A stretch of 61,974 bases of DNA, filler included, from Chiloscyllium plagiosum (Eukaryota): the NCBI RefSeq assembly GCF_004010195.1. It is 3 parts of one record of this genome, joined end to end, with 100 filler letters (N's around TTAATTAATTAA, not from the genome) between each part and the next. Parts side by side here need not be neighbours in the genome. Positions count along the whole stretch, not along the records: positions 1 to 27,211 come from NC_057712.1; 2 more parts are not named here. One strand, given 5' to 3'. The translations under genes and the position numbers were made by a program. Shown here in pieces: positions 11,474 to 23,069 of the stretch (position 1 is the stretch's first letter; the number at the start of each line of letters is the position of its first letter). Below the pieces are notes generated by a model, which worked only from the letters and a program-made list of their open reading frames with translations, did not search any database and was not told the origin of the DNA.

Positions 11474-12330
11474 ACTTACCACTTCGAATGAAGCCAACAA
11501 TTGCATACAAACACCCAACTGATAACTCACACCTCCAAAAATAAAATCCAGCTAAGAATGCCTTATGTTCGCTCAGAAGTCGATTTCCTAGCTTCTCCGA
11601 GCGGACGAAATGGAGTTGTGGAAAATCCCCAAAGTGCTTAACCAATTTATTAAGCAGACCTTGTCCAGGCCGTGGGTTCGAGCTGACCACAGACAGTCCA
11701 ACGGAAGAACAAGTCCACACCAGGGACAGCTCGCTTATCAGACACTTTTTGTACATAATCACATAGGATTCAAATGACACAGCTAGGATGCACTGATAAC
11801 TTCACCTTGTAGGTAACGTTCGTGAAATAAATCTTTTGGTCTTTTGTTTAAAAAGACTTTAGGTGACTTTATTGAATTCAAAAGTAAACTGGGAGAGATT
11901 TTCCTTTGTGCTTCTTAAATCTCAAACTGTTCTCTAAAACAAAATGCCCCTAGCCTCAGGAGACCATACTTTTTTTTCGTTGGCACTTTGTAAGACAAGC
12001 TGTTGTAAAAGCCTGATATTTGACGAATAAACTTCTGAGTCCCCAAATTAAAAAGAAGATTGAACAGCAGCTCCAGCCCCGAGAAAATTAAACTCCCAGA
12101 CTTTAGCGAGAAAACGTCTACATCTCCCACACGGTCTTGCTTGAGTACTGGAGTAAGACGGTCATTTCCTAGTCAGCAGGTGAAGCCGATGTGGAGTTCT
12201 AAAGCAATCAGCTTCATTGCCATTGACTTTGCGCGACTTCAACTTCCTAGCAACCCGCATATCCTCACTGCGTCCAGTTAGTAGCAGAACAAAGCAGAGC
12301 TTTATCACAGCAGAGCAATCCAGCATTCCA
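11474..12330 (-). promoter_or_regulatory. Candidate promoter / non-coding first exon of the mir-30 host transcript
   Basis: Non-repetitive, CpG-retaining segment ending in a consensus donor G|GTAAGT (exon end 11480) about 240 nt upstream of the hairpin; no convincing ORF. Confidence 0.4.
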
Positions 12331-12414
12331 GGAATTCTTAACATTTGGCACATTAATTCAAGGTTGGAGGGGGGAGGGGAAATATACTTCCTCAGATACA
12401 CACCCATAAAGCTA

Positions 12415-12630
12415 CCAGTCCAGCACCAACATGCTTCTATTCCAAGAAGTATACAGCACCAGGTTATAGTAAAACAGATTTATTTGGAAGCATAGCTTTC
12501 CAAGCGCTGCAGCTTCATCAGGTAGCTGTGCTCCAAAAGCTGTGCTTCCAAATAAACCTGTTGGACTATAACCTGGTGTTGTGTGATTTTTAACTTTGTC
12601 CACCTCAGTCCAACACCGGCTCCTCCACTC
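12415..12630. mobile_element. Penelope-like pLTR foldback (family 3)
   Basis: Inverted arms CACCAGGTTATAGT...TTTATTTGGAAGCA / TGCTTCCAAATAAA...ACTATAACCTGGTG; minus-strand CTGATGA...GAAAGCTA hammerhead-like core at 12521-12493. Confidence 0.65.
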
Positions 12631-14124
12631 CATAAAGTATGTCTGCTAACTGTGGCCAATTAGGGAAAAAATGACAGATTAACATTTGATTCCCTTAGCA
12701 GTCGATGAGATGTAAAAGACTCAAATTCATCAAAAGCTGAAATATCACATAATCTTTTACCTTCTCTTCTCAGTCTCCAGTTCATTTTGAAGAACATATC
12801 AAACAGATCATGTGTTTCTAAAGTCAAATCAAGGCCATCTCTGATCAGAAAGACAACAGCGTATTATTACTAGAGTCATCAAGTCATACAGAATGGAAAC
12901 AGACCTTTTGGCCCAAACTGGTCCATGCTGACCATGGTGCCCACTCAGCTAGTTCCAATTGCCTGCATTTGGTCAATATCCTTCTAAACCCTTCCCATCC
13001 ATGTACCGATCCAAATGTTTTTTTAAATGTTGCTATCATACCTGTCTCAACCACTTTTTCTGGCAGTCCATCCCATGTACACACCACACTCTGCGTGAAG
13101 AAGTTGCCCCTTAGGTCCTTCTTCAATCTTTCCCCTCTCACCTTGAACCTATGCCCTCTAGTTTTCAAATCCCCATCCCTGGGAAAAAGACTATATGCAT
13201 TTACCCTATCTATGCCTCTCATAATTTTATACACCTCAATAAGGTTACCCCTCATTCTCCTATGTTGCAAGGAATAAAGTCCTATCCTGGCCAACCTCTC
13301 CCTATAACTCAGGTCTACTAGTCCTGGCAATATTCTCATAAACCTTCTTTGCACTCTTTCCAGTTTAACTATGTCTTTCCTATAACAGGGTGGCCAAAAC
13401 TGTGCACAATGCTCCAAGTGCAGTGTCACCAACGACTTATGCAACTATCATGTAACATCCTGAGCTCAATGCTTCGACTGATGAAGGGCAGAATGCTAAA
13501 TGCCTTCTCCACCACCCTGTCTACCTTTGGCATTGCTTTCAAGGAACAATATCCTTGTACTCCTAGATCCCTCTGTTCCATAACACTCCTCAGGACTTTA
13601 CCGTTTACTGTATAAGTCCTACATTGGTTTGACTTTCTCAAGTGCAACACCTCACACTTATCCTTTTGAACTGTATTTGTCAAACCTCAGCCCACATCCC
13701 CATCTGATCAAGATCCCTCTGTAGTTTTTGATAATGTTCCTCCGATCAATGATAATCTTAATTTTGTACCATCTGTAAACTTATTAATCATGCCTTGTAC
13801 ATTCACATCCAGATCATTTATGTAAATAACAAATAACAAAGGCATGCCACTAGTCACAGGCCTCCAGTCCAAGAAACAACTTTCAACCATCACCTTCTGT
13901 TTCCTACCATCAAGCCAATTTTGAATCCAAATAGCTAGCTTTCCTTAGATCTCATACAACCTAACCTTCATGACGAGCCTGGCATGTGGGACCTTGCCAA
14001 AGTCCATATAGACAACATCCGATGTCATACCCTCAGCTATCTTCCTGGTTAATTCTATAAAAAAAACTCTAAAAGATTTGTCAGGCATAACTTGCTATGC
14101 AGAAATCCATGCTATCCCCAATCA

Positions 14125-14497
14125 AGGAGGAGAAAGTGAGGACTGCAGATGCTGGAGATCAGAGCTGAAAATGTGTTGCTGGAAAAGCGCAGCAGGTCAG
14201 GCAGCATCCAAGGAGCAGGAGAATCAACGTTTCGGGCATGAGCCCTTCTTCAGGAATGAGGAAAGTGTGTCCAGCAGGCTAAGATAAAAGGTAGGGAGGG
14301 GGGACTTGGGGGAGAGGTGTTGGAAATGCGATAGGTGGAAGGAGGTCAAGGTGAGGGTGATAGGCCAGAGTGGGGGTGGGGGGGCGGAGAGGTCAGGAAG
14401 AAGATTGCAGGTTAGGAAGGTGGTGCTGAGTTCGAGGGATTTGACTGAGACAAGGTGGGGGGGAGGGGAAATTAGGAAACTGGAGAAATCTGAGTTC
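14125..14497 (-). mobile_element. Penelope-like 3' end / pLTR (family 1)
   Basis: Near-identical to 30624-30990; hammerhead-like core at ~14225-14253. Confidence 0.85.
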
Positions 14498-14784
14498 AAA
14501 CCTTGACTATCCAAATGTTGATTGATTCTGTCCCTCAGTGTCCTCTCCAACAACTTGTCTCCCTCTGATGACAGTCTCACTAGCCTATAGTTTCCTGACT
14601 TTTCTTTGCTACCTTTCTTTAAAAATGGAACACTGGCCACCCTCCAGTCTTCCAGAACTTCACCAGTGGCCAAAGGTGAAGCAAAGATCTCTGCCATGGC
14701 CTCAGCAATTTCTTTCCTAGCTTGCCACAACATCCGAAGACGGACTGGATTAGCCCCAGGGGACTTATCCACCTTAATATGCTT

Positions 14785-14985
14785 TGAGGCTCTGAATGTA
14801 GGTTTGCTCTCTGAGTGGGAGGTTCGTTTTCAGACGTTTTGTCACTATACTAGGTAACCTCATCATTGAGCATCCAGATGAAGCACTGAAATCAAGCATC
14901 TGAAAACAAACTTTGCAGCTTAGTAAGCAAACCTACATCCAAACCTCAACCTGAGCCACAAATCTTCTCAAAACTCGTTAACGCT
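14785..14985. mobile_element. Penelope-like pLTR foldback (family 2, degenerate)
   Basis: Inverted ends ATGTAGGTTTGCT / AGCAAACCTACAT; tail GAGCCACAAATCTTCTCAAAA shared with 51080-51100; decayed hammerhead core on the minus strand. Confidence 0.65.
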
Positions 14986-17049
14986 TTAAGTTCCTCTCTG
15001 GTAATATGTATGCAGTCCAAAACATCCCCACTTGTTTCCCTTATTTCCCGAGCATCCATGATTCTCACCTCAGTAAACACTGAAGAGAAATATTCATTAA
15101 AAATCTCCCCCATCTCCTGTGGCTCCACACATAGATGGCCATGCTGATTTTTAAGGGGACCTGTTCTCTCCCTAGACACCCTTTCACTCTTAATATAACT
15201 ATACAACCTCTTGGGATTATCTTTAATCTTATCCGCCAGATCTATCTCATACACCTGTTTTTGCTCTTCTGATTTTTCTCATAAGTGTGCTTTTACAGTC
15301 ATCTAGGGATTCACTTGAGCCTAATAATTTAAATACAATGTATGTCTTCTTCTTTTTCCTGATCGGAGGCACAATATTCCTTGTCAGCCAGGGATCCCTA
15401 AGCCTGCCAGCTTTTCCCTTCAACCTAAAAGGGACACACTGTCCCTTGACTCTTGATATCAAACTTTTAAAAGCTTCCCATTTGCCAGTTGTTCCTTTGC
15501 TTTCAAACAGACTTACCCAATTGATCTTTGCTAGATCCTGCTTAAAGGCCCCAAAATTGGCTCTGCTCCAGTTTAGCACCTTAACCTGTCCTATCTTTAT
15601 TCATAACTATGTGTAAACTAAGACAGTTATGGTCACTGGACCCATAGTGCTCTCCAACTGATATTTCAGTTACTTGTCTGACCTCATTTCCTAAGAGGAG
15701 GCACAGTGTTGCATTCTCTCGTGTAGGGCTCTCTACATATTGATTTAGGAAATTGTCTTGGACACAGTTGATAAATTCCAAATTGTCCCAGCCTTTTACA
15801 CTCTGGATGGCCCCGGTCAATACAGGGGAAATTAAAATCTCCAACCTATAGATATCTACAATCTCTCTACACATCCAATCCACAGGTTATTTGGGGGTCT
15901 ATAATACAGTCCCAGCAAAGTGACCATCCTCTTCTTGTTTCTAAGTTTTAACCATATGGTCTCATTTGATTATCCTAAAAGGGCAACTCCCCTTCTTGTT
16001 TATTTTGACTTCTGATGTTTTATATCTAATGTTTTAACTAACAGCAACCCAGAGGAGAGTTAAATGACATCCAGTTCATAAACTCCATCCTTTTTGAAAA
16101 AAGAAAGAGGTCATTCAACATTGCCAGCTGAGGCAATTCTACCATTTCACCTCATCATCTCAGAATAAGGGATCATACAATAAGGAGAAATTTCTTCTCT
16201 CTGACAATGTGTCTATGCAATTCTTCACTGGATTATCAAATATTCTCAAGGCTGAGGTAGACAGATTTTTAATCAGTAAGGGTATCATGGGGAAAAGGCA
16301 GGAAAGTGGAGTTGAAAATGGTTCGATCAGCCACGCTTATCTCATGACGTGAAGCTGCTGGTGTTGGATTGGAGTGGATAAGATCAGAAGTCACACAATA
16401 AGCTCACAGGCACAAAATTATAGGCAGAGATATTAAGTCTTATTGAAGTCGGTGAAGCCAAACTACTGCAACAAACAGTGAAAGATGCAGGTCCCAGCTC
16501 CCTGCAATAGCTACATTTTAGTAGGGGTTCTCATAGCAACTCTTTAAACTTTAAGAAACCTAAATCTATCAAACTTCCTGTCCGAAAGCATTGTGACCAC
16601 GTGGAGGCATATTGCTTCTGTGACCACATTAACCCAGTGGATGATGAAGATCTGAAACAAAAATTGTTGGAGAATCTCAGTGGGGTTGGCAGCAGGTGTG
16701 GAGAGGCCCTTTTGTGTCCAGAGGCCCTTCTGCAGAACTGACAGCAGCTAGGAAAAGGTAAGTGCTGAAGGCCAAATGTGGGAGGTGTTAGTGGGGGGGT
16801 TGGGGTCTTGAGTTTAGTGGTGGAAGGGGTCTGTATTGCAGAGATGGAGACCAGAGAGAGAATGGCAATTGGGCAGACAAAGGGATGGATGATATTATGA
16901 CAGCGAGAAAGAAAGCTGTTAATGGGGACCATAAGTCAGTAAAAATTGATGGACTGCTCATAAAGCCCCACAGCCTCCAACTCACAGCCCCCCAAATCCC
17001 CATACTATATCATGACAGGACCTGGACTGTTGGGGGGTGGATAAAGGAC

Positions 17050-18050
17050 ATAGAGTCACACTGTCAGAGAAATGTACAGCATGGAAACAGACACTTCAGT
17101 CGAACTCATCCATGCTGACCAGGTATCCTAAATTTGCCAGCACCTGGCCCATATCCCTCTGAACATTTCCTATCTATGTACTCATCCAGATGCCTATTAA
17201 ATGTTGTAATTGTATCAGCCTCCACCACTTCCTCTGGCAGATCATTCCATACATGCACCACCGTTTGCGTGAAGCAGTTGCCCCTTTTAAATCTTTCCTC
17301 TCTCACTCAGCTCTAGACTCCCCAACCCAGGGAAAGGACCTTGAGAGAAAGTAAGGACTGCAGGTGCTGAAGAGTCAGAGTCGAAAAGTGTGGCATTGGA
17401 AAAGCACAGCAGGTCAGGCAGCATCCAAGGAGCAAGAGAGTCGATACTTTGGGCATAAGCCCTTCATCAGGAATAGAAAAGACCTTGTTATTTACCCTAT
17501 TCATGCCCTGCAGGATTTTATACACCTCTATAAAGTCACCCCTCAGCCTCTGATGCTCCAGTGAAAAAAGCCCCAGCCCATCCAGCCTATTCAGCCTCAG
17601 CCTCTCAGGAACGGCTGAGGATCCTGGGATTGTATTCATTGGAGTTTAGAAGATTAAGGGGAAATCTTATAGAAACTTACAAGATAATACATGGCTTGGA
17701 AAGAGTGGACACTAGGAAATTGTTTCTGTTAGGCGAGGAGACTAGGACCCGTGGACACAGCCTTAGAATTAGAGGGGGTAAATTCAGAACAGAAATGCGG
17801 AGACATTTCTTCAGCCAGAGAGTGGTGGGCCTGTGAAATTCATTGCCGCAGAGTGCAGTGGAGGCCGGGATGCTAAATGTCTTCAAGGCAGAGACTGATA
17901 AATTCTTGATGTCACAAGGAAATAAGGGATACGGGGAGAATGCGGGTAAGTGGAGTTGAAATGCCCATCAGCCATGGTTGAATGGCGGAGTGGACTTGAT
18001 GGGCCGCATGGCCTTACTTCCACTCCTATGTTTTATGGTGTTATGGTCCT
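17050..18050. mobile_element. Nested CR1 3' fragments (minus ~17050-17600, plus ~17605-18045) with a Penelope pLTR at ~17343-17473
   Basis: ORFs 17106-17306(-) and 17561-17836(+) both encode CR1 RT C-termini; the pLTR matches family 1. Confidence 0.85.
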
Positions 18051-18439
18051 TATAGCTCAAATCCTCCAACCCTACCAACACCCTTGTAAAGGTTTAGAAG
18101 GGAAGTGTTCCCGCTGTAAAATTATTCAACTTAATATTGCGTGTTGAAGACTGAAGGGAGAGGACGCTTGTTCTAAGAAATTACTCTATTCCTTTTGCCG
18201 CTGTGCCTATTTCTTTGGACAAGTTGGTTCCTTGCCGAACCAACAGATTCCTTCACCTGCCTCCAACACTCTCTCTCCACCTGGACACCTCTGTCTAGCC
18301 TTTTACCTGTATTTAACTGTTCATAGAGAACTTTTGCCATGACATCATGTGCCTTAATTTCTCTGTCCCTCTCACGCATTCTAAGCTAATACAGTACCCT
18401 CTGAATTGAATGCACTTTATGCTCTCTGCACTAACCCTG

Positions 18440-18610
18440 CTTTATAATCAAGCCTGTTGACAAGACTGGTGTTGTTGTTTTATGGCATACTGACCTCTAC
18501 ATTGCTGAAGCTGAATGCTAGCTTTCAGACACCTCCTCCTATCTTCCCCTGGTCTATGACCTCTCCTTCGAACATCAGGCTATTGTGTCCATGCTGGTCA
18601 CTAATCTCAT
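18440..18610 (+). mobile_element. Penelope-like RT N-terminal remnant
   Basis: IIKPVDKTGVVVLWHTDLYIAEAE..LSDTSSYLPL resembles the conserved PLE KPADKG motif. Confidence 0.7.
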
Positions 18611-18639
18611 TTCACTGTAAGTAATCTAATCTAATCAAA

Positions 18640-21186
18640 CCATTGCAAGGAAATAGCACAGACTCAAACTTTGCTAGTCGTTTTAAGCAGGTATACAGTG
18701 GATATTCCAGGAGTGATGCAGCTTAGTTTTAAACAAAACAGAATTTATTTGCAAGATGACTAAAGAAATTGAGGGTTTGGTTAAAAAAAAGATGTCAGGT
18801 ATAGACAGGATAGATCGAGCGAATCCTTAGAAGAGTATAAAGGAAGTAGGAATATACTTAAGAGGGAAATCAGGAGGGCAAAAAGGGGACATGAGATAGC
18901 TTTGGCAAATAGAATTCAGGAGAGTTCAAAGAGTTTTTACAAATACATTAAGATCACAAGGGGAACTAGGAAGAGAATAGAGCCCCTGAAAGATCAGCAA
19001 GGCGGCTTTTGTGTAGAGCCACAGAAAATGGGGGAGATACTAAATGAGTATTTTGCATCAGTATTTACTGTGGAAAAGGGTATGGAAGATATAGACTGTA
19101 GGTAAATAGATGGTGACATCTTACAAAATGTCCATATTACAGAGGAGGAGGTGCTTTTTTGATACGGGTAAAGGTGGATAAATCCCCAGGACCTGATCAG
19201 GTGTACTCCAGAACTCTATGGGAAGCTAGGGAAGTGATTGCTGGGCCTCTTGCTGAGATATTTGTATCATTGATAGACACAGGTGAGGTGCCTGAAGACT
19301 GGAAGCTGGCTAACGTGGTGCCACTGTTTAGGAAGGGTGATAAGGACAAGCCAGGGAACTATAGTCCAGTGAGCCTGACGTCGGTGGTGAGCAAGTTGTT
19401 GGAGGGAATCCTGAGGGACAGGATGGACATGTATTTAGAAAGGCAAGGACTGATTAGGGATAGTCAACATGGCTTTGTGCGTGGGAAATCATGTCTCATA
19501 GACTTGATTGAGTTTTTTGAAGACGTAACAAAGAGGGTTGATGAGGGTAGAGCGGTAGATGCGATCTATGTGGACTTCAGCAGGGCGTTCGACAAAGTCC
19601 CCCTTGGGAAACTGATTAGCAAGGTTAGCTCTCATGGAATACAGGGAGAACTAGCCATTTGGATACAGAACTGGCTCAAAGGTTGAAGACAGAGGTTGGT
19701 GGTGGAGGGTTTTTTTCAGACTGGAGGCCTGTGACCAGTGGAGTGCCACAAGGATCGGTGCTGGGTGCTCTACTTTTTGTCATTTACATAAATGATTTGG
19801 ATGTGAGCATTAAAGGTACAGTTAGTAAGTTTGCAGATGACACCAAAATTGGAGGTGTAGTGGACAGTGAAGAAGGTTACCTCAGATTACAACAGAATCT
19901 TGAACAGCTGAGCCAATAGGCTGAGAAGTGGCAGATGGAGTTTAATTCAGATGAATGCGAGGTGCTGCATTTTGGGAAAGCACTTACCACTTAGTGGTAA
20001 GGTCCTGAACAAAGAGACCTTGGAGTGCAGGTTCATAGCTCCTTGAAAGTGGAGTCGCAGGTAGACAGGATAGTGAAGAAAGCGTTTGATATGCTTTCCT
20101 TTACTGGTCAGAGTATTGAGTACAGGAGTTGGGAGGTCATGTTGCGGCTGTAAAGGACATTGGTTAGGCCACTGTTGGAATATTGTATGCAATTCTGGTC
20201 TCCTTCCTATCGGAAAGATGTTGTGAAACTTGAAAGGGTTCAGAAAGGATTTACAAGGATGTTGCCAGGGTTGGAGGATTTGAGCTATAGGGAGAGACTG
20301 AACAGGCTGGGGCTGTTTTCCCTGGAGTGTCAGAGGCTGGGAGGTGACCTTCTAGAGCTTTACAAAATTATGAGGGGCATGGATAGGGTAAATAGCAAAG
20401 TCTTTTCCCTGGGGTGTGGGAGTCCAGAACTAGAGGGCATATGTTTAGGACGAGAGGGGAAAGAAATAAAAGTGACCTACGGGCCAACATTTTTCACACA
20501 GAAGGTGGTACGTGTATGGAATGAGCTGCCAGAGGAAGTGGTGGAGGCTGGTACAATTGCAACATTTGTATCAGTACATGAATAGGAAGGGTTTGGAGGG
20601 ATATGGGCCGGGTGCTGGCAGGTGGGACTAGATTGGGTTGGGATATCATGTCGGCATGGACAGGATCTGTTTCCATCTCTATGACACTATTAACAAATGA
20701 AACACAAACAAAGGAGAGCAGCATATAGAATAGCTTAACCTATCCAAAATCCCAACAGAGTATCCCAACTTAATGTTGCTGTTCCAAATACTTGCATCAA
20801 TCCCCATAAACACCCCTTGGCATGAAAGGTAAAATCAAATACAGGGTCTTACAGGAGAGAGAGAGATTCAGCATGGAACACCTTCTTCCATGGAACTGTT
20901 TCTTGGACCGGCAGCCTCAAAAATGACTGTTTTCAGTGAACAGCCAGATTGCTAGAACCAAACCAATCTAGAGGAAGGCTGAGCTGGGATAACTGGCCAC
21001 TCCCCTTTAATTGTACAAGTGTTTTTTTTTAACTTGAAAGCCTTTTGCCTGAGCAGTATCTGTTTTCTATTACCAAATTGGCCTTAAAACCCATCCAAGC
21101 CTCGTCTTTCGGAATTGCTGCTTTTACAACCCTGAAAAAAAAAGCCAAGGGCAGCATAGTCTTGTTAAAGGAGCAGCATCGTCACA
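18640..21186 (-). mobile_element. 3' LTR of a Gmr1-like Gypsy, split by a CR1 insertion
   Basis: Begins TGTGACGATGCTGC at 21186 right after a polypurine tract (AGCAGGAGAGG); the same start sequence recurs at 27822. The segment 18640-18764 is inferred to be its continuation. Confidence 0.72.
18765..20688 (+). mobile_element. CR1 LINE, 5'-truncated ORF2 with RT
   Basis: NYSPVSLTS, QHGF, YVDFSRAFDKV, SGVPQGSVLG, KFADD motifs; 3' tail CTCTATGAC. Confidence 0.95.
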
Positions 21187-21262
21187 CCTCTCCTGCTTAA
21201 AAAAAGGAACCATCAACATCCAAACATGGCTTCTTTTTAAAACCCCTTACAACACACATACA

Positions 21263-21691
21263 CAGGACAACCTCGATTATCCGAATGAAACGGACAGGGA
21301 GTATTTTGTTCGGATAATCGAATGTTTGGATGACTGATCTGATGGCCGCAGAGAGTGGGTGTGAGACCAGGTTGCAGTTCCCCCGGTGGTTGGTGGTATT
21401 GCACATTCCTCTTGCTATAGGTATGCCATGGCCTTGGATCTAGCTCATTCCACTTGGTATGTTCTCTTATTTAAGCTTTTATTTAATACATATCTATTCT
21501 GTTACAATAGAGGATCTTTTTTTCAAATAGATTATCATACTTCAAGTGATACAATGTAAGATGGAGCAGGAGATTTTTACACCCTTAGGTCTAAGGTTTT
21601 GACATCGTCACAGTTTATCCAAGCAACGGAACCTTGAAATCTTGTTTGGATAATTTGGATAATCAATGTTCAGATAACTGAGGTTGCTCTG
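21263..21691. mobile_element. pogo/Tigger-like MITE
   Basis: Imperfect TIRs CAGGACAACCTCGATTATCCGAA ... TTCAGATAACTGAGGTTGCTCTG, followed by TA; non-coding. Confidence 0.75.
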
Positions 21692-21699
21692 TATATTAG

Positions 21700-23069
21700 G
21701 TTGACAATAATGATGCAAAAAACACGACTACATTCTGTTTCAGTCTTACTCCTGCCACTGAACAACACTGTTTCTCATTCAAGTCTCCACAATGCATCGG
21801 CAATCACACTTTCTCATCTTGCCACATGCACAATTTTCAAATTGAATGGCTGTAAACACAAGTGCCATCTAAACAGTCTGGAATCTTGTCCTTAAATTTC
21901 TCCACAAATTTCAATGGGTTATGATGAGTGCATATAATGTCACAGATATGTTACTGTAACACAAACATTGAAATGTTGCAATGCCAATACCAATCTCAAA
22001 GTCTCCTTCTCATTTGTCAAATATTTCTGTTGATGAATGTTTAATTTCCTGGAGAAATACCTGATAGGTCTTTCGATCTTCTTGTTGTTTTCCTGCAAGA
22101 GCACAGCACCGACACCCACATCACTTGCTTCCATAGTCACCTTGATTGGCTTTGCATAATTAGGTCTGGCTAACACTGGGTCAGTGGTTAATACAACCTC
22201 TGGGCTGTCAAATGCCTTCTGGCAGTCTGCTGTTCACAGAAACCTCTTGCCTTTCTTTTGCAATTCAGTGAGTGGAGCAGCCACACTGCAAATTTTGATA
22301 CAAACTTTTGATAAAATCCACTCAATCTCAGGAATTGTAGTACTGCTCTTTTTGTCAATGGTATGGGAAACTCTCCAATTACGTTTGTTTTTACATCCTG
22401 TGGAGCCTTTGTCCCTGTCCAGTAATATGGCCCAGGAAGGTGACTTGGGTTTTGGTAAATTAACTTTTAGCCAGGTCTGTCTCCTGAAGGAAATTGAAAA
22501 TTCTAGTAAATGTTGAAAATATTCCTTCCATGTGTGACTAAAAATCACCAGATCATCTATATACAAGACACAATTGGGTAATCTGGAAATGACCTTATTG
22601 GTTAGTCTCTGAAATGTGCCTGGCACATTTTTCACACCAAATGGCATGCCTTTAAATTGATATAATCCATTTGGCATTACAAAAGCTAAAATTGTCTTCA
22701 CTCTTTCGGACAAAGTACCTGCCAGTATCCTCTGAGCACATCCAAATGAGAAATATAAGTTGCTTGTCCTATCTTTTGAACACAGTCTTCTAAACGCGGA
22801 ATTGGATGCGCATCAGTTATTGCAACTGCATTGATTTTGCGATAGTCCACACATAACCATTGGGTACTATCTGATTTTGGCAGCATTTCTATGCATGAGC
22901 TCCAGTCACTGTAACTCACTTCAATTATGTTGTCTTGGAGCATGCGTTCAATCTCCTTTTGAACCTTTGGAGGGTTAATCTTCTAAGGATATTGCTTAAT
23001 TGCAATAGCATCTCCTAATTCTACATCATGCATAATTAGGTTAATACTTCCCAGCTTATTTCCACATAT
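21700..23069 (-). pseudogene. Gypsy RT and RNase H (degenerate)
   Basis: LCVDYRKINAV, MPFGVKNVPGTFQR, YIDD, ASDVGVGAVLLQ, YFSRKLN motifs with frameshifts. Confidence 0.92.

Larger units (their letters stand above)
12870..15960 (-). mobile_element. CR1 LINE ORF2 (APE to 3' end) with two Penelope insertions
   Basis: Collinear minus-strand ORFs 15581-15883 (APE), 14946-15579, 14224-14772, 13708-13893 and 12884-13444 (RT C-terminus). Confidence 0.92.

Noticed and set aside
11472..12407. ORFs in the unique island as a protein-coding gene
   Set aside because: They are short, non-overlapping or out of frame, and have no recognisable domain; a non-coding role fits better.
16560..16640. Enhancer-like cluster (CTTCCT, CACGTG, twice TGTGACCAC)
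   Set aside because: Short motifs alone are not distinguishable from chance without conservation or chromatin data.
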